Source of the DNA: a virus
Length of the DNA: 64,000 nt
Virus record (IMG/VR): IMGVR_UViG_3300028423_000356
Location: 1 to 64,000 of that record
Strand: one strand, 5' to 3'
Shown here piece after piece: positions 26,043 to 36,210 of this stretch; position 1 is the stretch's first letter, and every line of letters begins with the position of its first letter. The notes beneath the pieces are model-generated. The model saw nothing but the letters and a program-made list of their open reading frames with translations, was not told the origin of the DNA and did no database searches. Position numbers and translations under genes: made by a program.

Positions 26043-28011
26043 ATTGTGTCATAGATTGTATTTGTGGGTCTACCGTGGACTGTTTAGTTGGTGTATTTAT
26101 TGTAGTATTATTAACATTTGTGTTATTAGAATTATTGGTACTACCATCACTCAAAACTATAGTCTGTTTATCTTCCAAATCTGATAACGATTTTTCTTGC
26201 ATAATTATTACTCTATCAAATGGTGGATTATTTTGTATCATATTTTGTTTTTTTGAATAGTCACTAAAAATATTGTTAGGAAAAAGATAGTTAAATGTAT
26301 TAGGTATAAATTCATATCCAGTTTTGTATAAATCATTTTCTTTCAGAAACTTTTTATTTTGTGATTTTAAATATTCATCAATATATTCAGTTCGGTTTTT
26401 GTTTGCAAGATTACCGAATAAAGAATCTATTTCTTTTTGTTTAATTTGTGATTCAGTTAATGGAACTTTTGGTATTTCTTTTTCTATTCCTTCTAGTACG
26501 ACCAAATCTTCTTTATCTATCATCATACGACCACCTTTCCCTAACTCATCTGAATACATTTCTATTTTGTCAGTATATACACCTATATCTTTTTTTGTAT
26601 CATTTATATTCCATTTTGGATTATTTTGTTTCTTTATAATTGTATATTGTTGTAGGAGTCTGGCACCCGTTTCTATTTTTTCATCTTTGTTTAAATCTGT
26701 TCTATCAAACAATCCTAAAAATGAACCTATTATATTTTTTTCAAGTTTTTTTAATTGGTTATCAGGTTTATCTTTTAATTTTTCAGTAAAATATTTATTT
26801 TGTTCATCTTTACTCATTTTTCTAAAGTTTTCAATTTCTTCTTCACTCTTCAACCCAACAGAACCAAGAACCACACTCTCACCAATTTTTGCTGCTTTAC
26901 CATATTGTCCTGTTTTTTCATAATTTTTCATAAGTTGATTTTTTATGGCATAAGAATTTGCATAATCACCCTCTTTATTTGATTCAGACAATTCAATTTC
27001 TAACTCAGTGATGTTTTTTTTCGCCTCTTTCTCAATTTTTTTAATTGTTTCTTCTATTTCTTTTTGATTTTGATTTCTCAAATATAAAGCAGATGCTGCT
27101 GCAATTGCAGCAGCAGCAGCAGCTGCTAAAGGACCAGCACCTATCGCACCTATCGCCATAGGTATTAAAGAAGTGACTAATTTTGTTGTTAATAGTCCAG
27201 CAAATCCTCCTATCGCCATTTGTATATCTGGATTAGATAAATCTATATTAACATCTTCTTCTCTAAATGGAATATAATCGGATGAAATGTTTAACATTTT
27301 ATCACCATTTTTATCCAATTTATTAACGTAATTCATTATTTCATCAGTAAAATAGGTTCCCAAAGATAGACCCAATGCGTTCCGAGTTTTTACTCCAAAT
27401 AATTTGGCGACTAAACCAACATTCATTGAACTTCTAACTTTTTTAGCAATTTCCCTTTGAGTGTTTTCATCACCATTAAATAAAGTTGTTTCCTCAAAAA
27501 CAAAATTTACAGTATCATCTATATAACTACCTAAAACAGAACCGATTAAACCATATTTTATTCCTCTCCCAGCAAATTTACCAACTGAACCCGCCAACTT
27601 CGGCACACTTAAAAATCCAATTGCACCAGTTAAAACACTCCCTAACAAACCAGATAATCTATCGCCAAAAAAACCAGAACCCAATCCAGAAGTAAATGAA
27701 GTTGGTTCTTTCACTTTTTTGGTAGTTTTTTTATTTTTTCCCTCTCTTTCTTTTTCTAAAATGTCACCACGAGTGGACTGAAATCTATTCTCTCTTGTTG
27801 TTTCAATTAACAATAAAGATTTGAAATGAGATTCTATTTTTTCAAGAATTTCATTAGTTTTAACTTGATTGATTAAAAGTTCTACATTACTTGGTTCATT
27901 AATATTGAGTTTTATATCACTAGATTTTATAGGATTAATTTTGGTGTTTTTATTCACTACACCATTAGATTTCATTTTTTCTGTTATATTTTTTAATCTA
28001 GACATTTTCAT
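26041..28011 (-). CDS. Tape measure/baseplate hub (gp29-like)
   Basis: Helical Gly/Ala-rich hydrophobic segments, an N/T-rich C-terminus, and position after gp26/gp51. Confidence 0.65.
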   Translation of the reverse strand: MKMSRLKNITEKMKSNGVVNKNTKINPIKSSDIKLNINEPSNVELLINQVKTNEILEKIESHFKSLLLIETTRENRFQSTRGDILEKEREGKNKKTTKKVKEPTSFTSGLGSGFFGDRLSGLLGSVLTGAIGFLSVPKLAGSVGKFAGRGIKYGLIGSVLGSYIDDTVNFVFEETTLFNGDENTQREIAKKVRSSMNVGLVAKLFGVKTRNALGLSLGTYFTDEIMNYVNKLDKNGDKMLNISSDYIPFREEDVNIDLSNPDIQMAIGGFAGLLTTKLVTSLIPMAIGAIGAGPLAAAAAAAIAAASALYLRNQNQKEIEETIKKIEKEAKKNITELEIELSESNKEGDYANSYAIKNQLMKNYEKTGQYGKAAKIGESVVLGSVGLKSEEEIENFRKMSKDEQNKYFTEKLKDKPDNQLKKLEKNIIGSFLGLFDRTDLNKDEKIETGARLLQQYTIIKKQNNPKWNINDTKKDIGVYTDKIEMYSDELGKGGRMMIDKEDLVVLEGIEKEIPKVPLTESQIKQKEIDSLFGNLANKNRTEYIDEYLKSQNKKFLKENDLYKTGYEFIPNTFNYLFPNNIFSDYSKKQNMIQNNPPFDRVIIMQEKSLSDLEDKQTIVLSDGSTNNSNNTNVNNTTINTPTKQSTVDPQIQSMTQ

Positions 28012-28175
28012 ACTCGATTTTTATTTTGCTCTTTAATTTTTTGAATTTCTTCTATCTCATTTATCAATAAAGTTAAATATACTTCCCTTTCCCATGGTAT
28101 CATATTTTCTAATTCAGTTAAAGAGTATTTATGATTCTGCATTAATTGATAATTAGTGTTAAAATAATTAGTCAT
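28008..28175 (-). CDS. gp51: gp51-like baseplate hub assembly protein (not in ORF track)
   Basis: (LSHDN)MTNYFNTNYQLMQNHKYSLTELENMIPWEREVY; its TGA overlaps the next ATG. Confidence 0.85.
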   Translation of the reverse strand: MTNYFNTNYQLMQNHKYSLTELENMIPWEREVYLTLLINEIEEIQKIKEQNKNRV

Positions 28176-28195
28176 ATTATCATGGGAAAGGTTTA

Positions 28196-28900
28196 TTAAA
28201 AAAAATCTTTGATTCCACTTAATGTTGTTTTATTGTTATTGGAACATTTTTTACAAATATATGAAACTTCACTTTTAATTGATGGTATTTGAGAAACAAA
28301 CTCCATAACCTTTTCAAATTGTTCTGTTGTTAATCCATCTAAAAATTCAACTATATCTTCTTGTTTTTCATCATCAAATTTAATTATTTCGTCTTTTGAT
28401 AACAATTCATACATACATGAAATTGACATGTTATATATTATGTTAGATAAATTGTCTTCTTCATTATCAAGTAAAAGCAAGTTTTCATAAGAAGGGTGTC
28501 TTAAAACAAGTGTATAATCATCATTCAATTTTACTTTTTTCGTATTATCGACTTTATCAACTTTTATAGTTTCTAAATCGACAGAAACTTCATTATTTTC
28601 TCCACATTCTTCACAATTTATGAGAATATTAGATACTTCACCAACAGACTTTGCTCTTATTTTAGTAAAAATATATTCAATGTCATAAGTTGGAAGATTA
28701 GATATATTTTCTTCGTCATAAACACACGCTTCAACTGTATCTAGTATCGCTCTTAAAACATTATCATTGTTACCTGCTTCTAATGCAGTTAAAAGTACTT
28801 TTTGTTCTTTCACCAAAAAGGGTCTAAAAGTTATCTTTTTATTATTTGATGGAACAATTAATGAGTATTTCATTTGTTCATTTATTTTAGGTAATGCCAT
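28196..28900 (-). CDS. gp26: Baseplate hub assembly protein gp26
   Basis: MALPK..FRPFLVKEQK..IRAKSVGE..CxxC..CxxC..GIxDFF. Confidence 0.9.
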   Translation of the reverse strand: MALPKINEQMKYSLIVPSNNKKITFRPFLVKEQKVLLTALEAGNNDNVLRAILDTVEACVYDEENISNLPTYDIEYIFTKIRAKSVGEVSNILINCEECGENNEVSVDLETIKVDKVDNTKKVKLNDDYTLVLRHPSYENLLLLDNEEDNLSNIIYNMSISCMYELLSKDEIIKFDDEKQEDIVEFLDGLTTEQFEKVMEFVSQIPSIKSEVSYICKKCSNNNKTTLSGIKDFF

Positions 28901-28931
28901 ATTATAATTCCTTTCATAACATTGTTAACAT

Positions 28932-28939
28932 TATTTATA
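28932..28939 (-). promoter_or_regulatory. T4-type late promoter
   Basis: TATAAATA on the minus strand upstream of gp26. Confidence 0.65.
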
Positions 28940-29522
28940 GACTATTTTGATTTATTTTAGTGGTTTTATTTTTGTATAAAGTGTCGTCTTTTTCTTCCCA
29001 ATCTCTGTATGAAAACTGAACCTGTATTCTAACTAGTTCGTCTGGATTGTTATTTAAATCAATTTGTGAAACATTTGTGGGGTAAGCATCTTTCAAAACA
29101 CAAGAGTATATTATTTCATTTCCACCATCTTTATTTCCACCATCTTTTTTAAATCCGTCATTTAATTGATTTATGGTTATATCTCTAACATAATTTTTGT
29201 AATATCCAACTTCGTATGTGTCCAAATTTACAACTGAGGATTGCCAATAATCAAAATATTTTTTTATCAAATAATCATTAGTGACTAAAAATGTCATTGT
29301 TACATCATCAGTAATTCTACCATAACCTGTTTTAATTGGTTTAGGTCCAATCATTCTGTCTTTAGTTGCTATTTGTAAAAAAGGTAACGTGGCACTCTCA
29401 CATAATAAATTCAAATCATTTGTATCAACAGTGTCACTGCTAGGTAGAATAACTTGGTATTTATTAGTTCTAGCAACACCACCTCTCCCACTTATATATT
29501 TTGAGAATTCTGATATTTTCAT
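28935..29522 (-). CDS. Tail-tube-fold baseplate protein (gp54-like)
   Basis: ARxNKY..CESATLP..FDYWQ..YP..V.FSYR.W. Confidence 0.75.
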   Translation of the reverse strand: MKISEFSKYISGRGGVARTNKYQVILPSSDTVDTNDLNLLCESATLPFLQIATKDRMIGPKPIKTGYGRITDDVTMTFLVTNDYLIKKYFDYWQSSVVNLDTYEVGYYKNYVRDITINQLNDGFKKDGGNKDGGNEIIYSCVLKDAYPTNVSQIDLNNNPDELVRIQVQFSYRDWEEKDDTLYKNKTTKINQNSL

Positions 29523-30103
29523 AACATCCCTCTTGATTTTCTGTAAACTTCTGTTTTTGAAGATTTTTGGAAATTGGCGGTAGGTAAAAATGTTGCAATT
29601 TCCCATTCTTTTGGTTTAACTACAGCAAATTGACTTCTTACATGTTTATTAAGATAGTGTTTAAAACATGGTTTGAAGTAATTATTTCCTGACACTTTTT
29701 GTAACAATTCATAAGACAATTGAAACCTTGTTCTTGTGTTGAATTTATCATTGTTGGTATATTCTAATAATTCATTTAGAAATTTTGCTCTTAAAAGTGG
29801 TGGTAGATAATGTAAATTGAGACCATAAAAACCCTTTGGTGCTTTATCTACCATTATTGCTAATGGGAAAGTGTCATAATATGGCAATGTGTTTTTAAAC
29901 TTTGGGTCATAAGAAAACATTACCATAGAACCCGGTCCTATAGTTTTCTGCAGTTTTATCTGCTCATCTCTCATTATTCTATTCTCTGAAATTCTTCCCA
30001 TTTGTTGTGCTTTTTTTCTGAACCAAGAAATTGATTCTTTTGTTCTTGGTGTAACACCAGAACGGAAAGCTTCCAGTTCTAATTCTTTAAATAAATTACT
30101 CAT
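29519..30103 (-). CDS. gp2: DNA end protector gp2
   Basis: YDPKxKxTLPYYDxFPL, GLNLHYLPP and KHYL motifs. Confidence 0.93.
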   Translation of the reverse strand: MSNLFKELELEAFRSGVTPRTKESISWFRKKAQQMGRISENRIMRDEQIKLQKTIGPGSMVMFSYDPKFKNTLPYYDTFPLAIMVDKAPKGFYGLNLHYLPPLLRAKFLNELLEYTNNDKFNTRTRFQLSYELLQKVSGNNYFKPCFKHYLNKHVRSQFAVVKPKEWEIATFLPTANFQKSSKTEVYRKSRGML

Positions 30104-30121
30104 ATTTATATTTATACCTTA

Positions 30122-30622
30122 TTATTTCTTTTTCTTTATTTTTAATGGTGGCATTTTTTTCAATGGTTTAATTTTCTTTTTTGATTGAGATTTTAAAAGT
30201 CCCATTTGTTTCAATGTATTCTCAGTCCATATTTGAAATTCCCATCCACGGTCTTTAGCATATTCCTCTGCCGCTTTCCATTTATTTTGATTTTTCACAA
30301 AAACAACAGCTTCTTCAAAATATCTTTTTGTTTTTCTTTTTTGTTTAGGTGGTTGTGTATCCTTTTCAGGTTTTATTTCAACTAAAACAACATTACCCCC
30401 TTTATAAGTAATTTTAAAATCCATGTAATATCTATGATATTTTTTATCTACTTCATAAAGGTAAGGTATAATAACTTCTTCAGAACTGTATTCAATAACA
30501 TCAGGATTAGTATCACACCATTTCATAACTTGAAGTTCCCAAGAACTTCTATAAACTATGTTGTTAACATCACCTTTATACTTTTTAGGGTTTTTTGGTT
30601 TAAAATAACCTTGATAATACAT
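30122..30622 (-). CDS. gp4: Head completion nuclease gp4
   Basis: PKNPxKYxGD..YRSSWE..HRYYxDF..EIKP..NxxKW. Confidence 0.93.
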   Translation of the reverse strand: MYYQGYFKPKNPKKYKGDVNNIVYRSSWELQVMKWCDTNPDVIEYSSEEVIIPYLYEVDKKYHRYYMDFKITYKGGNVVLVEIKPEKDTQPPKQKRKTKRYFEEAVVFVKNQNKWKAAEEYAKDRGWEFQIWTENTLKQMGLLKSQSKKKIKPLKKMPPLKIKKKK

Positions 30623-30632
30623 GTTAATTCCT

Positions 30633-30671
30633 TATAAATAATATAAACATTTACATTTTTAAATATTTATA
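30633..30671. promoter_or_regulatory. Divergent pair of late promoters
   Basis: TATAAATA (+, 30633) and TATTTATA (-, 30664-30671). Confidence 0.75.
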
Positions 30672-30681
30672 GAGGTAAATT

Positions 30682-31692
30682 ATGGTAAAACAACCTGAAG
30701 ATCGTGGATTTGGTAAAAACGGTGATGAATTATTGGAATTTCCTAAAAATAAGGAATATTCAAAATATAAAGCCTACATAAAATTCGATATCCAAAAAGG
30801 TCCAGCACCCTTATCTGCAGAAAATTTATTAAGAATACTTGATAAATATATACCAAATCAAAACAGTCCAACAGCGGGTCCAGATGATGGATTTAGAGGG
30901 GGAAATGTTAAACAAAAAAGACCTAATCCACAAGCTAATATGGGTCCTAGTATAAAATTGTACATGCCAAGTGGTGTTCAAATATCTGACGGTATAACTA
31001 CTGGCAATGTGAACTTAGGTGTAATTTCAGGTGCTGGAATTAATGCTGTTGCTAGTGGACAGAATGTTGGCGAATCTATGATGAATGAAGCGGGAAACTT
31101 AATTGGTTCAGCTTGGAATGCAATAAATAATCCATCTCAAACGGTAACAAATCCTGCAGCAACTGTTATGGCATTAAGATCCGCCAATAAAGCAGGTTTA
31201 AACCAATTAGAAAAGGTAGGATCCTTTGCGACAGGTGTTGCAATTAATCCAAACACAAGGGTTCATTTTCAAGATGTGAAATTAAGAACATTTAATTTTT
31301 CTTTTAAGATTATTCCAACATCTAAAGAAGAATCAGATGAAATAGAAAAAATAATTAAAAAGTTTAGAACTGAATTATATCCAACTAAAATTGGTTTTGG
31401 TGGTGAGGGTGCAAACAGTAAAGTTGAAGAAACTGTGGCAGAAAGTATAAAAAACTATTCTACAGGATTTGTGTATCCCAATGTTTTTCAGATTGGGTTC
31501 TTTTATGAGAATGAAGAAACACCAATAGCAACTAAACTCAAACAATGCTACTTAACAGACTTTTCAGCAAACTATAACCCAGGTTCAATGTCATTTCATA
31601 AAGAAGGTAAATTCACTGAGATAGATATATCAATGTCGTTTCAAGAGATTGAAACTGTTGATAAAAACGATGTTAAAGAAGGTAGAGCATAA
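30682..31692 (+). CDS. gp48: Baseplate tail tube cap gp48
   Basis: LYMP, NP..F..LRTFxFxF..P, YP.VF and FQE motifs. Confidence 0.85.
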   Translation: MVKQPEDRGFGKNGDELLEFPKNKEYSKYKAYIKFDIQKGPAPLSAENLLRILDKYIPNQNSPTAGPDDGFRGGNVKQKRPNPQANMGPSIKLYMPSGVQISDGITTGNVNLGVISGAGINAVASGQNVGESMMNEAGNLIGSAWNAINNPSQTVTNPAATVMALRSANKAGLNQLEKVGSFATGVAINPNTRVHFQDVKLRTFNFSFKIIPTSKEESDEIEKIIKKFRTELYPTKIGFGGEGANSKVEETVAESIKNYSTGFVYPNVFQIGFFYENEETPIATKLKQCYLTDFSANYNPGSMSFHKEGKFTEIDISMSFQEIETVDKNDVKEGRA

Positions 31693-32522
31693 TGTCAAGT
31701 TTTTTTATTGATTTTCCAACAACAAATTATACATTTGGTAACGAATCAAATAATGTAGTTTTTGATAATTTGACTGTTTATGTTGATTTGATAGATCAAA
31801 TAAAGGATAATATTCAATATTATCAAACATACACTATAAAAGATGAAGATAGACCTGACACCCTATCACAAGATTTTTATGACACAACTGACTATCATTG
31901 GTCTTTCTTTTTATCCAATGGCAGTTTAAGAGAATCGGGATGGCCATTATCATCTAATGAGATATATAGTTTTATAAAAGAAAGATATCCAAATAGAGTT
32001 GTAATAACTGATGATAATATATCTAAATTTAATATTGGTGATAGAGTTATAGATACTGAAACTAGAGTTTATGGTGAAGTAATACTTAAAAACTATGAAT
32101 TGGGTCAAATAGTAATAAAAACCCAATTAGACGAAAATGGTATTCAAAAACAATTATACGGTGGTAGGAGAATATCATCAAGAGTTTTAGTTAAACAAAA
32201 ACCACAAAGAGATTCTGATGGAAGTGTAAATTGGGTAGATACTGATGTATTTATATCTTATAAAAGTGATTTAGAACAATACAATGCACCTCATCATTAT
32301 GAAAATAAAAATGGTGAAATATTAAATATTGAAATATTATACAATATAGAAAATAGATACTTCTATTTTAATTATGACCAAACTCAGGGTGCAGAAGTTT
32401 ATGAAGTGACAAATATGGATTATTTCGTAAGTAAAAATGAAGAATTAAAAAGAATAAAAGTGATAAAAAGAGAAGTTATAGAATCTGTTGTGCAGGAATA
32501 TAAAAATCTTTTACAAGGATAA
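31692..32522 (+). CDS. gp53: Baseplate wedge gp53
   Basis: FFxxFP..RPDTLS..Y..HW..HHYE..NE.xKRIKVI. Confidence 0.88.
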   Translation: MSSFFIDFPTTNYTFGNESNNVVFDNLTVYVDLIDQIKDNIQYYQTYTIKDEDRPDTLSQDFYDTTDYHWSFFLSNGSLRESGWPLSSNEIYSFIKERYPNRVVITDDNISKFNIGDRVIDTETRVYGEVILKNYELGQIVIKTQLDENGIQKQLYGGRRISSRVLVKQKPQRDSDGSVNWVDTDVFISYKSDLEQYNAPHHYENKNGEILNIEILYNIENRYFYFNYDQTQGAEVYEVTNMDYFVSKNEELKRIKVIKREVIESVVQEYKNLLQG

Positions 32523-32527
32523 ATTGA

Positions 32528-34000
32528 ATGTCTGTTAATAGTCAAATCAGTGAATACTTTATTGAAACTGCCACGTTGTATGCCGATAGGTATTTAAACA
32601 ACCCATCTCTTCCATCTGAAGGGAGTTTTGAAAGAAAAAACAAAACTTTAGAATTGAAAAATTCTATTGTTGAATTCAACGTTTATGAGAACATAGAGTT
32701 ACCATATTTAACAAGTAAAATGGTAGTAACTGATTTTATTAATTTTAAGGATTATTTTAAAATTAAAGGAACAGAAAAATTAAAAATAACTCTTTTTTCA
32801 CCCTATGCCGCAAAAGGTTCTGAAAAAATAACTTTAGATTTTATAATAACAGGAATAGAAGGTAATGATGTAACTAATAATGTTAACACATATGTTTTTA
32901 ATTTAGTTGAAGAGTATGCATACTATGCATCATTAATTAAAAAAAGTAAAACATATAAAGGTAAACCACATAAAATAATTGAAAACATTATAGAAAATGA
33001 AATTCTTGATAAAATTAAAGATGATAATAAAAAATTCACAATAGATAAATCTAAACTAAATGAAACAAAGTTGGGTGATAGTATAAAATACATATCACCA
33101 AATATAAATTTATTGGATATAATAGAAAGAATTAAAGAAAGAAGTTTGACCAATGATGGTGCACCTGTTTTTGTTAGTAAATCAATGACAGATAATAAAA
33201 TACATTTTTCTGATTTAAAAACCTTACTAGAACAAGAACCGTTAACTGGTTCAGATTCAAAAGTTGGATTTTTTTACTCACAAACATCTTCAAGTTATTT
33301 GACTAATACTGGTTCAGTTAATAAAGATGATATTAGAGTATTACACGTAAAATCTTTCACTGAAAATGATGATTTGATAAACACTTTTAAACTAGCAAAA
33401 GAAGGTGTAATTTCATCTAATACACAAATATTCGATACAACAACTGGTGGCAATTTTAAATTTAAACACAATGTTAAAAAGGATGTAAGTAATATATTAG
33501 GTAAAGATGAGTATTTGATTAACCCTCATAACATTTTTGATGACAATTTATCCATTTTTGAAAACGAAGATGAAAAAATCGATGATATACAAACAAGAAA
33601 TTTTTCATATATTGTATCAAGTAAAGCATTTGATGATGGAAATTTATCCTACTATGAAGAAAGAAATAACGAAGAAAGATATGCACTTAATACAAAAAAG
33701 CAATCTATAAAATCTTTAATGTTTAATAGTAGATATACTATTACTGTCCCAGGTGCTTTGTTTTTTTCTAAAAAGTTAAATAATTCAGTTGGTTCTTTGA
33801 TAAACTTAAAATTCTTTGACAATAAATACGATGAAAAAGATGGCAATTTGGAGAATAAAGAGAGGTCAGGAGTTTATTTGATATATCGTTTAAGACATAG
33901 TTTCACACTTGAAAATCAATATATTGTAGATTTAGATATTGTGAAATTAAATGATAATTACCCCAATCTTAATGCTTCATCTGGTGGAGGTGGTAAGTAA
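32528..34000 (+). CDS. Baseplate hub protein (gp27-like position)
   Basis: YENIExPYL..SGxYLIxxxRHxF; lies between gp53 and gp5. Confidence 0.6.
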   Translation: MSVNSQISEYFIETATLYADRYLNNPSLPSEGSFERKNKTLELKNSIVEFNVYENIELPYLTSKMVVTDFINFKDYFKIKGTEKLKITLFSPYAAKGSEKITLDFIITGIEGNDVTNNVNTYVFNLVEEYAYYASLIKKSKTYKGKPHKIIENIIENEILDKIKDDNKKFTIDKSKLNETKLGDSIKYISPNINLLDIIERIKERSLTNDGAPVFVSKSMTDNKIHFSDLKTLLEQEPLTGSDSKVGFFYSQTSSSYLTNTGSVNKDDIRVLHVKSFTENDDLINTFKLAKEGVISSNTQIFDTTTGGNFKFKHNVKKDVSNILGKDEYLINPHNIFDDNLSIFENEDEKIDDIQTRNFSYIVSSKAFDDGNLSYYEERNNEERYALNTKKQSIKSLMFNSRYTITVPGALFFSKKLNNSVGSLINLKFFDNKYDEKDGNLENKERSGVYLIYRLRHSFTLENQYIVDLDIVKLNDNYPNLNASSGGGGK

Positions 34001-35064
34001 TGAAAATATTACAATCTGAATATTATGGTGACACTACAAGATGGTTTATAGGTAAAGCAAAAACAACTACTCTTGATCCACTTGGGTTAGGTAGAATAAG
34101 GGTTCGTGTATTTGGTCTACATACCGAAAACACAAACGATATCGAAGACAAAGACTTACCTTGGGCACCCGTTGCTATGGCAACTAATATACCTAGTGGT
34201 AATGGTATATACCAAACTTTTGGTATAAATGATAATGATACGGTATTTGGAATATTTTTAGACGGAAAACATTCACAAAACCCATTGGTTTTAGGAGTTA
34301 TTCCACACGCTGGTGAGATACAAAATCAATTTACAAATGTGCCAATTGATCCTACTATACCATTCACCACAAATATCAATCCAAATGGGAATTTAAAACA
34401 AACTGAGACTATTAACAACTCCAATATTGAATTAGATAACATACCAGGTAAAATTATAGATGAAGAATTGGACATCTCTACCTTTACGGAAAATGGTGTT
34501 ATACAAGAAACAGAGCTAAGTACAGAAGATGGTGATAATTTTACAAAAATAGCATTTGATTTTTTTAATCAAGAACTATCAAATTATGGTTCTAGAAATC
34601 CTGCTGAACAAGCAGCTGGTTTAGTTGGGAATTTTATTGCTGAATCATCTATGAATCCAACAGCAAAATCACCTGCACCTGAAAACTCTCGTGGTATTGC
34701 TCAGTGGAATGCATCAGCCAATAGATTGGGAAAATTGATAGATTTTGCTTCTGTAAAGGGTGTTGATCCTTACACTTTAGATGTTCAATTACAATACACA
34801 ATGTTTGAATTAAAAAATGATGACATAGTAATCGCATCTAGAGTTGGTGTAATAACTATAGATTCTCTAATTGAGAAAGACACAGTTGAAAATGCTACTA
34901 GACATATACTTGATATATATGAAAATCCAAAGGTGGCATTGGATTACTATGCATTTAATGAAAATAGTGTTCCGAGTGATATAAGAAAAAAATATGAAGC
35001 TGAATTAGATAAAAGAATTGGGTATGCATTAGATGTTTATAATGCATTTACTAAAGGTGAATAA
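34000..35064 (+). CDS. gp5 N-terminal OB domain plus phage tail lysozyme domain
   Basis: DPLxLGRIRVRVFGLH..LPWA; AAGLVGNxxAES..GIAQW. Confidence 0.85.
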   Translation: MKILQSEYYGDTTRWFIGKAKTTTLDPLGLGRIRVRVFGLHTENTNDIEDKDLPWAPVAMATNIPSGNGIYQTFGINDNDTVFGIFLDGKHSQNPLVLGVIPHAGEIQNQFTNVPIDPTIPFTTNINPNGNLKQTETINNSNIELDNIPGKIIDEELDISTFTENGVIQETELSTEDGDNFTKIAFDFFNQELSNYGSRNPAEQAAGLVGNFIAESSMNPTAKSPAPENSRGIAQWNASANRLGKLIDFASVKGVDPYTLDVQLQYTMFELKNDDIVIASRVGVITIDSLIEKDTVENATRHILDIYENPKVALDYYAFNENSVPSDIRKKYEAELDKRIGYALDVYNAFTKGE

Positions 35065-36210
35065 ATGTTAGATATTAGAAAATTAAATACCAATTTAAAT
35101 AGAGTTATAAATGGTTCCAATTTTAAAGATGTTCAATCAAGAACAAATGATAACAGTAAAGTATTAAAAGCTTTAACTGAAAACAAGAAAGTTAAAACTG
35201 GTTCATCAGAAAATGGTATTAAATTTATAACTACTGAAACTGGGAAACAAGGTCTTAGTATATTAAACAAAGATGTTCCTAATATTTCTGACCAATTAGT
35301 TAAAAAACTGGAAGGTGATAAAACAGAATTATCAAAAATAGTCTCTGATATCGATGATGGATTTTTAGATTTGAGTATTAATTCACCAACTATCGAGTCA
35401 CTAAAAATCAGTTTAAATAACATAGCAAACGTGTCGAATAGTGATTTAGAAAATATATGTTATCCACTGTTGGATGATAGTATTAATGATAAAATCACTG
35501 AAGCAGTTAAACTTGATTATAGTCAATTATCAAAAAGGATTAAAGATACAATTAAATCTTGTAGTGTAACCAAGGATAAAGTAGATATATCTTCTAATTC
35601 AATAAAAAAACAAATAAATGATACATCATTAATTTTTGATAACAAATTTAATTTAAATAAGTGGAATGGTTCTAATACTAGTGATGATATTTTCACTGAA
35701 GTGACAAGTATGGAAGAACTTATGATAGATTTAAATAGATGTGAAAGAGAGATAACACAACTTATATTTGTTGCTTATGAGTGTGATGTAGGTCGTTCTT
35801 ATAGTTCCAGTGATATCCATGAAATAGAAAATAGATTTGAACGTGATGGAATTAGTGCTAATTATATAATAAGAACAGATGGTGTGGTTCAAAGGGGTAG
35901 ACCAGTCGATGTTTCACCTAATTTTGACGACAATCATAATAAAAATTCTATTTTAGTTGGGGTGGTTTTAATTGGCAATAATATTAATGTAACTCAAGGT
36001 AAAACAGTAAAAACTTTCTTAGAATCTTATTATAACAGTTGGCCTGGTGGATCAGTTTATGGTGCTAATTACATAGACCCCGAATATAACCCACCCGGTT
36101 TCAATCCTATTGAATATGTTGAATTATATGGAAAAACAAATTATTCGAGTGCAGAAAAAACACTAAATACTATTGAAATGATATCCAATGCAAAAAATAG
36201 GAATATATGA
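35065..36210 (+). CDS. Baseplate protein with a degenerate amidase_2/PGRP-like domain
   Basis: REIT..YIIRxDGxVQRGRP..HN..SI; the Zn-binding His positions appear substituted. Confidence 0.6.
   Translation: MLDIRKLNTNLNRVINGSNFKDVQSRTNDNSKVLKALTENKKVKTGSSENGIKFITTETGKQGLSILNKDVPNISDQLVKKLEGDKTELSKIVSDIDDGFLDLSINSPTIESLKISLNNIANVSNSDLENICYPLLDDSINDKITEAVKLDYSQLSKRIKDTIKSCSVTKDKVDISSNSIKKQINDTSLIFDNKFNLNKWNGSNTSDDIFTEVTSMEELMIDLNRCEREITQLIFVAYECDVGRSYSSSDIHEIENRFERDGISANYIIRTDGVVQRGRPVDVSPNFDDNHNKNSILVGVVLIGNNINVTQGKTVKTFLESYYNSWPGGSVYGANYIDPEYNPPGFNPIEYVELYGKTNYSSAEKTLNTIEMISNAKNRNI

Noticed and set aside
26006-27695. Plus-strand ORFs opposite the tape measure gene, and the many short minus-strand ORFs opposite + genes elsewhere
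   Set aside because: These are antisense shadows of well-supported genes, with no RBS or recognisable motifs.
29118-29150. Short tandem duplication (KDGGNKDGGN) in the gp54-like gene
   Set aside because: An in-frame duplication of about 15 nt in a variable loop, with no evidence of function.
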